From: the human T2T-CHM13v2.0 reference genome, Homo sapiens
Assembly (NCBI RefSeq): GCF_009914755.1
Contig: NC_060937.1
DNA: 64,000 bases
Reading direction: 5' to 3' (one strand)
Part shown: one piece after another, positions 62,925 through 64,000 of the stretch
Numbering within the stretch: position 1 is the first letter of the stretch
How the letters are laid out: each line of letters opens with the position of its first letter
Notes under the pieces: model-generated
The model's database searches: none
What the model was told of the DNA's origin: nothing
Seen by the model: the letters and a program-made list of their open reading frames with translations, nothing else
Translations under genes and position numbers: made by a program

Positions 62925-63640
62925 ATGGTGGAAAAGGAAATATCTTCACATAAAAACTACAGAGAAGCATTCTGACAAAGTTCTTTGTGCTGTGTGTGTT
63001 CAACTCACAGAGTTGAACCTTTCTTTCGATTGAGCAGTTTTGAAATGCCCTTTTTTTAGAATCTGCAAGTGGATATTTTGAGTGCTTTGTGGCCTCTGTT
63101 GGAAAAGGAAATATCTTCACATAAAGTAGACAGAAGCATTCTGAGAAACTTCCTTGTGATGTGTGCATTCATCTCACAGAGAGGAAACTTTCTTTTGATT
63201 GTGAAGTTTTCAAACACTCTTTTTGTATAATCTGCAAGTGGATATTTGGAGGTCTTTGTGGCCTATAGGGGAAAAGGAAATATCTTCACATAAAAACTAC
63301 AGAGAAGCATTCTGACAAAGTTTTTTGTGCTGTGTGTGTTCAACTCTGTGAGTTGAACCTTTCTTTTGATTGAGCAGTTTTGAAATGCCCTTTTTTTGGA
63401 ATCTGCAAGTGGATATTTTGAGTGCTTTGTGGTCTCTGTTGGAAAAGGAAATATCTTCACATAAAGTAGACAGAAGCATTCTGAGAAACTTCCTTGTGAT
63501 GTGTGCATTCATCTCACAGAGTTGAAACTTTCTTTTGATTGTGAAGTTTTCAAACACTCTTTTTGTAGGATCTGCAAGTGGATATTTGGAGGCCTTTGTG
63601 GCCTATAGGGGAAAAGGAAATATCTTCATATAAAAATTAG
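62925..63640 (+). repeat. Recent tandem duplication of a 340-bp alpha dimer
   Basis: Rare variants (CAGAGAAGCATTCTGACAAAG, GTGCTGTGTGTGTTCAAC, AAATGCCCTTTTTTT, CTCTGTTGGAAAAGG, GATTGTGAAGTTTTCAAAC) recur at an offset of 340. Confidence 0.9.
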
Positions 63641-64000
63641 ACAGAAGCATTCTGAGAAACATCTTTGTGATATATGCATTCATCTCACAGCGTTGAAATT
63701 TTCTTTTTATTCACCACTTTTGAAACACTCTTTTTCTACAGTCGGCAAGTGGATATTTGTAGTGCTTTGAGGCATATGGTGGAAAATGAAATATTTTCAC
63801 AATAAAATTAGACAGAAGCATTCTGTGATACTTCTTTGTGATCTGTGCCTTCATATCACAGAGTTGAACCTTTCTATTGATTGAGCAGTTTTGAAACACT
63901 CTTTTTGTAAAATCTGCCAATGGATATTTGGAGCACTTTGAGGCCTATAGTGGAAAAGGAAATATCTTCACATAAATAGTAGACAAGCATTCTGAGAAAC

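Larger units (their letters stand above)
54291..64000 (+). repeat. Alpha satellite, forward, layer type 3 (ACTAGACAGAAGCATTCTG with GTGGATATTTGG), interrupted by two L1 3' fragments
   Basis: From ~54291 the predominant motif returns to TAGACAGAAG, but with CATTCTG and GATATTTGG, unlike type 1. Confidence 0.9.

Overview
This window is primate (almost certainly human) pericentromeric heterochromatin, and I find no host protein-coding or RNA genes in it. About 80% is divergent ~171-bp alpha satellite. I saw no CENP-B box, and the monomers carry the pJalpha-type GGTGGAAAAGGAA box, consistent with an old, inactive monomeric/dimeric layer. The alpha array switches strand at ~1107: + 1-1106, - 1107-13845, and + again from 20087. 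A ~4.5-kb diverged HSat3 (GGAAT/GGAGT)n block at 13846-18379 carries three amplified copies of an Alu 3'-end fragment. There are four LINE-1 pieces: (1) a doubly truncated internal fragment at the HSat3/alpha junction (18380-20086, -); (2) a full-length, dead L1PA3/4 with TSDs (36775-42944, +); (3) a young L1HS-like ACG-type 3' fragment with a 14-bp TSD (57787-58202, -); (4) an L1PA3-like 3' fragment with a 10-bp TSD (59840-60717, +). I do not see a new gene system. The notable signals are structural: a composite Alu-HSat3 repeat unit, an inverted ~19-kb block, stacked alpha-satellite sequence layers, a fossil dimeric structure and many multi-monomer duplications. All subfamily calls and offsets were made by eye.
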